NCBI RefSeq assembly: GCF_036405355.1 | Contig: NZ_DASWXT010000068.1 | Span: 15,303 to 79,302 of the forward strand | Length of the DNA stretch: 64,000 bases | Direction of reading: 5' to 3' | Source of the DNA: Daejeonella sp. | Lineage (GTDB): Bacteria; Bacteroidota; Bacteroidia; Sphingobacteriales; Sphingobacteriaceae | Shown: positions 59,559 through 64,000 of the stretch, piece by piece | How the letters are laid out: each line of letters opens with the position of its first letter | Position numbering within the stretch: the stretch's first letter is position 1 | Notes under the pieces: model-generated | Seen by the model: the letters and a program-made list of their open reading frames with translations, nothing else | Told to the model about the DNA's origin: nothing | Database searches by the model: none | Translations under genes and position numbers: made by a program

Positions 59559-59624
59559 ATTTTTTATGTTTTTGTCAGGCAAAATTGAAAAGATCCAGTC
59601 ATTCCAAATTGTACAAAACGGACA

Positions 59625-60407
59625 TCAATATAAAATATGTGAGGCGAGAGCAACCTGCCCTGGCGTATGTCCTGTAAAGAACTTGTAATCCCGGTTAAAA
59701 TGCGCCTGATCGTAATAAGCACTTTCATAAGCTACCTCGGTTAAAGAAAGTAAAGGATACTTTTTCAGGTGATCAAGCGATCTGATAAACCTGCAGACAC
59801 GCAGGAATTCCTTTGGCGACAAACCTACAATTTGCTGAAATTTTCTTGAAAGATGGCGTTGGCTAATGCCGGTATCGCTACTGAGCTGGCTTACATGAAT
59901 GTGTCCAGCTGAACGCCGGATCTTCTCCAAACAATGGGCTATCTGCTGATCATGTTCATTTCGTGTCAATTCCTGCAAGAGATACTTCTGTACAATAGCT
60001 GAACGTTCATTATGACTAAAGGCATCAGCCAGCTTGCTCTCTATCTCTCCCGCCATACTATTCCATAAATCAGACAACACTAAAATTCTGTCGGCTAACA
60101 AATGCATCGGTAAATTAAAAAATCTGTATGCTGCTCCGGGATAAAAACAAATGGCTATGCAACCAGCGCCTTTGCGCATCTGCACATCCGAATAACGGCT
60201 CATCCGGGAGGTTACAATGCTCCTATCATATAATTCATTTCCAATAATAGCAAGAGGTGTACTGGTGTAGTTCAGAAATAACTCAACACAAGTATCAGGT
60301 AAAACACGGATATGGTTAGTATCAGTGCCATTATCGCAGTCCATTGTGCATATCAGTTTTACGTAGGACTGCAACTCTGGAAGAACTTCAAACTGCTGAA
60401 TTAACAT
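59625..60407 (-). CDS. AraC-family transcriptional regulator
   Basis: RVLPD.CVEL N-domain; S.RHLSRKF...VGLSPK, YYDQAHF.RDYK.FTG.TP. Confidence 0.9.
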   Translation of the reverse strand: MLIQQFEVLPELQSYVKLICTMDCDNGTDTNHIRVLPDTCVELFLNYTSTPLAIIGNELYDRSIVTSRMSRYSDVQMRKGAGCIAICFYPGAAYRFFNLPMHLLADRILVLSDLWNSMAGEIESKLADAFSHNERSAIVQKYLLQELTRNEHDQQIAHCLEKIRRSAGHIHVSQLSSDTGISQRHLSRKFQQIVGLSPKEFLRVCRFIRSLDHLKKYPLLSLTEVAYESAYYDQAHFNRDYKFFTGHTPGQVALASHILY

Positions 60408-60530
60408 ATAAATAAATATAGCTTATGTCAATAAATTGCGGGCTAATTTTGATAAATAGAATCGTGCAAAGATTCTTTAGATAATCTATTGAGAAAATTT
60501 TGTTCCAGGGATGTGTAAATAAAAAAAGAA

Positions 60531-60596
60531 CCACAAACCTCCCGATAACAATCAGGAACTCTAAGCATCCCAATTACCATCGGGGTAGCAATAACC
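60531..60596 (-). pseudogene. Truncated, highly decayed tRNA-His copy (copy 3) with two palindrome insertions
   Basis: + strand CCACAAACC [TCCCGATAACAATCAGGA] ACTCTAAGCA [TCCCAATTACCATCGGGG] TAGCAATAACC aligns to the 5' half of the tRNA. Confidence 0.75.
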
Positions 60597-60597
60597 T

Positions 60598-60627
60598 AAA
60601 AAAGCCTTAGTTTTAACTAAGACCTTT
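60598..60627 (-). terminator. Hairpin/terminator after tRNA copy 2
   Basis: AAAGGTCTTAGT-TAAA-ACTAAGGCTTTT, T-run. Confidence 0.65.
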
Positions 60628-60634
60628 CTATTAA

Positions 60635-60752
60635 GGGTGGCTGATGGGGCTCGTCCCGATAGCTATCGGGACCACGACCCTTGGCACCACAAACCTCCCG
60701 ATAATTATCGCGAAATCTCACCATCCCTATAACTATCTGAAGAGCTACAGCC
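60635..60752 (-). pseudogene. Near full-length tRNA-His copy (copy 2) with three 18-bp palindrome insertions
   Basis: Collinear with the tRNA; inserts at 60654-60671, 60696-60713, 60724-60741. Confidence 0.92.
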
Positions 60753-60769
60753 TTAAAAATTCTTGGAAC

Positions 60770-60801
60770 AAAAAAAAAGCAGCTCATTTCTGAACTGCTT
60801 T
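60770..60801 (-). terminator. Terminator after tRNA-His
   Basis: AAAGCAGTTCA-GAAA-TGAGCTGCTTT-T run. Confidence 0.85.
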
Positions 60802-60809
60802 CCAAATCG

Positions 60810-60884
60810 GGTGGCTGATGGGGCTCGAACCCACGACCCTCGGCACCACAAACCAATACTCTAACCAACTGAGCTACAGCCACC
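60810..60884 (-). tRNA. tRNA-His (GTG), CCA not encoded
   Basis: G-1, acceptor GTGGCTG/CAGCCAC, D-arm GCTC..GAGT, loop TTGTGGT, T-loop TTCGAGC, C discriminator. Confidence 0.95.
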
Positions 60885-60896
60885 GTTTTATTTCTG

Positions 60897-60927
60897 CAAA
60901 ACTAAGCATTTCGGGAGATATTGCAAA
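60897..60927 (-). promoter_or_regulatory. Bacteroidetes sigma70 promoter of tRNA-His
   Basis: -33 TTTG (60924-27), 19-bp spacer, -7 TAGTTTTG (60897-904). Confidence 0.75.
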
Positions 60928-61108
60928 TTTTTTATATTAAATTTCAATACTGATAATCAGCATGATGGTGTTCCAGAACAGCTTTAAGCTCAGTTTAGCC
61001 CTAATCTAAACATGAGGTTCCTGTCATATTTAGAACATTATATTCTGAGCTTATACATTTAGCCTTCTTAAGTATTAAATTTGTATACAGCCTCTTAAAA
61101 GACATGTT

Positions 61109-63208
61109 ATGGAAAAAGAAGAATTGATTGAACTTCAGGTAAGCGGTATGCATTGCAATAACTGTGCGTTATCAGTCCATAAATTACTTGAAAAAAAGGG
61201 GCTGCAGGATATCTATGTTGATTTTGCGAACGATGAGGTAAAATTCAAAACCAGTAACCCTTCAGAAACTCCACTAATTATCAAGGATATCGAAGGTTTA
61301 GGTTATAAGGTAAGTGAGGAAAGTATCCCTATTCAGGAAAAATTCTTCGAAAAAGTGGAGAACAAATTCTATTTCAGCCTCATTTTTACTATTCCCCTCT
61401 TCTCACATATGTTTCTGCCTTTTCATTGGCTTCACAACCCTTTGGTTCAGTTAGGCTTATGTATTCCGGTTTATATTTTAGGATGTATTCATTTCGGCAA
61501 AAGTGCTTTCAATTCATTAAAGAATGGAATCCCAAATATGGATGTACTGATTTTTATCGGTTCGAGTGCAGCTTTTATTTATAGTTTGTATGGGACAGTT
61601 CAGAATTTGGGTCCTGATTTTTTGTTTTATGAGACTGCAGCAACCATTATTACCCTGGTGCTATTAGGAAATGTTTTAGAAAAGAGGTCTGTAACACAAA
61701 CCACATCAGCTGTAAGAGATCTGATGAAATTTCAGGAAGCAAAGGCAAATAAACTGCTCAATGGAGAAATAATAACAATAAACTCACAGGAAGTAGTCCC
61801 GGGGGATACACTGGTCATCAATTCAGGTGATAAAATTCCTGTGGATGGGGAAATCATCTGGGGTGAAGCCTCGGTTAATGAATCGATGCTTACCGGCGAG
61901 AGTCTGCCGGTAGAGAAGTCGAAATACGACAAGGTAATCGGTGGTACTTTGATTGAGAAGGGCAGCATCCACATCCTGGTAACTAAAACCGGAAAACATA
62001 CTATTTTATCCCAGATCATTGATCTGATGAAAAAGGCACAGTCGGCAAAACCGCCAATTCAGAAGCTTGGAGATCAGGTAGCTGCGATATTTGTGCCTGT
62101 AGTAGTTGGTATTGCTGTTCTAACTTTTGTTTTGGCCTATTATTCCTTCGATCTCAGCTTTCAAAAATCTATGCTGAATGCAATTGCTGTTCTGGTTATA
62201 TCCTGCCCCTGTGCTATGGGTTTAGCCACACCTACTGCAGTGATGGTTGGATTGGGCAGGGCGGCTAAAAATGGCATTCTAATCAAGGGTGGAAATACGC
62301 TTGAGGAGATAGCGAAGTTAAAATATATGGTCTTTGATAAAACAGGGACTCTCACAACCGGAAACTTCAAAATCAAAAAGATCGAGAGTATAAAGATTTC
62401 TCAGAAGAAAGCCGAATCGATTATTTATGGTATTGAGGCTTATTCAAATCATCCCATTGCACGATCCCTGGTTTCAGAACTTAGTGCAGGGAATCCTGAA
62501 AAAATAATATTCACGAAAGTATCAGAAGAAAAGGGCCTCGGAATGAGCGGAACTGATTCAGAGGGTAATACCTATCAATTCGGATCGAGACAAATCTTAA
62601 ATCCGGAAGAAGAACAGGGAAATTTTAGCCTTTTCCTTAAAATGAATGGAAGCCTCCTTGCGAAAATTGAAATTGAGGATGAAATTAAACCGGATGCACT
62701 GAAACTGATCGGCACCCTGAAATCTATGGGTATTCAGCCGGTTTTACTGAGCGGTGATCTGAAAAAGAAATGTGAAGATCTGGCTGCTATTTTAGGTATA
62801 GAGGAGGTATATGCCGAAACTCAGCCACATCAAAAGCTTGAGATCATTGAAAGGATTAAAAAAAGAGGTAAAACGGCAATGGTGGGCGATGGAATAAATG
62901 ATGGTCCCGCCTTAACCACTTCTGACGTCGGAATTTCAATGAGTGATTCCAGTCAGATCGCGATCCAGTCTGCTGAAGTGGTCCTGTTAAAGAATGAGCT
63001 CGGAGTTATCGATCAAATGTTAAGAATCGGGAAACATACCCTCTTAACGATTAAACAAAATCTGTTCTGGGCATTTTTCTACAATGTCGTGGCGATACCC
63101 GTAGCGGCATTTGGTTTTCTTAACCCAATGGTTGGAGCCTTAACAATGGCTTTTTCTGATGTCATTGTGATCGGTAATTCTATCCGCTTAAAAACTAAAT
63201 CACTATAA
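61109..63208 (+). CDS. copA: P1B-type heavy-metal (Cu+) ATPase
   Basis: GMHCNNC HMA, TGES, CPCAMGLATP, DKTGTLT, GDGINDG, YN..AIP, M..S. Confidence 0.88.
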   Translation: MEKEELIELQVSGMHCNNCALSVHKLLEKKGLQDIYVDFANDEVKFKTSNPSETPLIIKDIEGLGYKVSEESIPIQEKFFEKVENKFYFSLIFTIPLFSHMFLPFHWLHNPLVQLGLCIPVYILGCIHFGKSAFNSLKNGIPNMDVLIFIGSSAAFIYSLYGTVQNLGPDFLFYETAATIITLVLLGNVLEKRSVTQTTSAVRDLMKFQEAKANKLLNGEIITINSQEVVPGDTLVINSGDKIPVDGEIIWGEASVNESMLTGESLPVEKSKYDKVIGGTLIEKGSIHILVTKTGKHTILSQIIDLMKKAQSAKPPIQKLGDQVAAIFVPVVVGIAVLTFVLAYYSFDLSFQKSMLNAIAVLVISCPCAMGLATPTAVMVGLGRAAKNGILIKGGNTLEEIAKLKYMVFDKTGTLTTGNFKIKKIESIKISQKKAESIIYGIEAYSNHPIARSLVSELSAGNPEKIIFTKVSEEKGLGMSGTDSEGNTYQFGSRQILNPEEEQGNFSLFLKMNGSLLAKIEIEDEIKPDALKLIGTLKSMGIQPVLLSGDLKKKCEDLAAILGIEEVYAETQPHQKLEIIERIKKRGKTAMVGDGINDGPALTTSDVGISMSDSSQIAIQSAEVVLLKNELGVIDQMLRIGKHTLLTIKQNLFWAFFYNVVAIPVAAFGFLNPMVGALTMAFSDVIVIGNSIRLKTKSL

Positions 63209-63230
63209 TTGCGCCTTAAAAGCATTTTTA

Positions 63231-63698
63231 ATGATCAATATTTATACTGACGGTGCATCGAGCGGGAATCCTGGTCCAGGAGGATTTGGAGTAATACTTC
63301 ATTCAGGCAAGCATTATAAAGAAATTTCGGAGGGCTATCGAAAAACAACCAATAACCGCATGGAATTGCTCGCCGTAATCACCGGACTGGAAAGTATCAA
63401 AAATCCGGGCCAGGAGATTATGATCTATTCAGATTCTAAATATATTATCGACTCTGTTGAGAAAAAATGGGTATTTAACTGGGTCAGGACCAATTTTAAG
63501 GATAAGAAAAACAAGGACCTCTGGCTGAGATTTCTGGAAGTATACAAACAACATAAAATTCGTTTTACCTGGGTAAAAGGGCATAACGGGCATCCGGAGA
63601 ATGAACGATGCGATGAACTGGCAGTTCAGGCTTCAAAACAAAAAAATCTTCTTATTGATACTTACTTTGAGAAAGAAGAGCTGAAACTCAATCTTTAA
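63231..63698 (+). CDS. rnhA: Ribonuclease HI
   Basis: [40 protein letters not shown]. Confidence 0.96.
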   Translation: MINIYTDGASSGNPGPGGFGVILHSGKHYKEISEGYRKTTNNRMELLAVITGLESIKNPGQEIMIYSDSKYIIDSVEKKWVFNWVRTNFKDKKNKDLWLRFLEVYKQHKIRFTWVKGHNGHPENERCDELAVQASKQKNLLIDTYFEKEELKLNL

Positions 63699-64000
63699 TC
63701 AATCCCTCCCACTATACCCAATTTCTCCATTGTTGCTTCTGCTTTCTCATCAGGGGTTTCTCGGGAAAATTTATGCATTAATTCCTCTGCCTTCAGTACC
63801 ATATTCTTTGACCCTATAAAAATCGCAGATCGCTGATGCAAAGAAGTAACATCTTTATCGAGTATTCTATTGAATCCGTCGGTTGCCCGGCCACCGGCCT
63901 GTTCAATTATAAATGCCATTGGATTACATTCATAAACCAGACGAAGTTTACCATTTGGAGCTCCTGATGTGGTAGGATAAATAAATATTCCGCCTTTGAT
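63695..64000 (-). CDS. fbp: Class 1 fructose-1,6-bisphosphatase, 3' part (runs off window end)
   Basis: IKGGIFIYP....[27 protein letters not shown]. Confidence 0.93.
   Translation of the reverse strand: MKGGIFIYPTTSGAPNGKLRLVYECNPMAFIIEQAGGRATDGFNRILDKDVTSLHQRSAIFIGSKNMVLKAEELMHKFSRETPDEKAEATMEKLGIVGGID

Noticed and set aside
60617-60883. 88-aa ORF in the track (MAVAQLVRVL...)
   Set aside because: It is the tRNA-His gene and its decayed copy read as codons
58074-60884. Prophage or integrative island anchored at tRNA-His
   Set aside because: No integrase, transposase or phage genes; the duplication covers nearly the whole tRNA, not only an att core
203-62376. Numerous 60-190 aa antisense or overlapping ORFs (e.g. 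4273-4848, 5512-5895, 20300-20767, 55093-55503, 55940-56350)
   Set aside because: Shadows of well-supported genes with no family motifs

Overview
AT-rich Bacteroidetes chromosome segment. It looks Sphingobacteriaceae-like, inferred from SusC/SusD, TAnnTTTG-type promoters and protein style; the taxon is not confirmed. Layout: (i) 1-7.8 kb, an operon of MlaE/F/D plus a LolA-like protein, two FtsX permeases, an ABC ATPase and a probable beta-barrel. (ii) About 9-56 kb, a 47-kb catabolic locus around one SusC/SusD pair. It has no recognisable glycoside hydrolase or inner-membrane transporter. It instead encodes many exported enzymes (8 with Tat signals): two DegT-type PLP aminotransferases, amidases, oxidoreductases, DUF1080, heparinase II/III-like lyases, enolase/aldolase/epimerase, a triple-RidA protein, and two heme-free dehydrogenases paired with a cupredoxin and a HiPIP. 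Nine copies of a 14-bp palindrome (consensus CGGGTACGTACCCG) tie the locus together; the embedded LacI regulator is the likely binder. (iii) A fasciclin/ECF sigma/anti-sigma module, a repeat-rich gap with an 11-bp-periodic array and an sRNA candidate, then DHFR-like and AraC genes. (iv) tRNA-His followed by two decayed copies in which 3-nt targets are replaced by an 18-bp palindrome. (v) copA-like ATPase, rnhA and the 3' end of fbp. No CRISPR, integrase or transposase was seen. Family assignments come from motif recognition by eye, not database searches.
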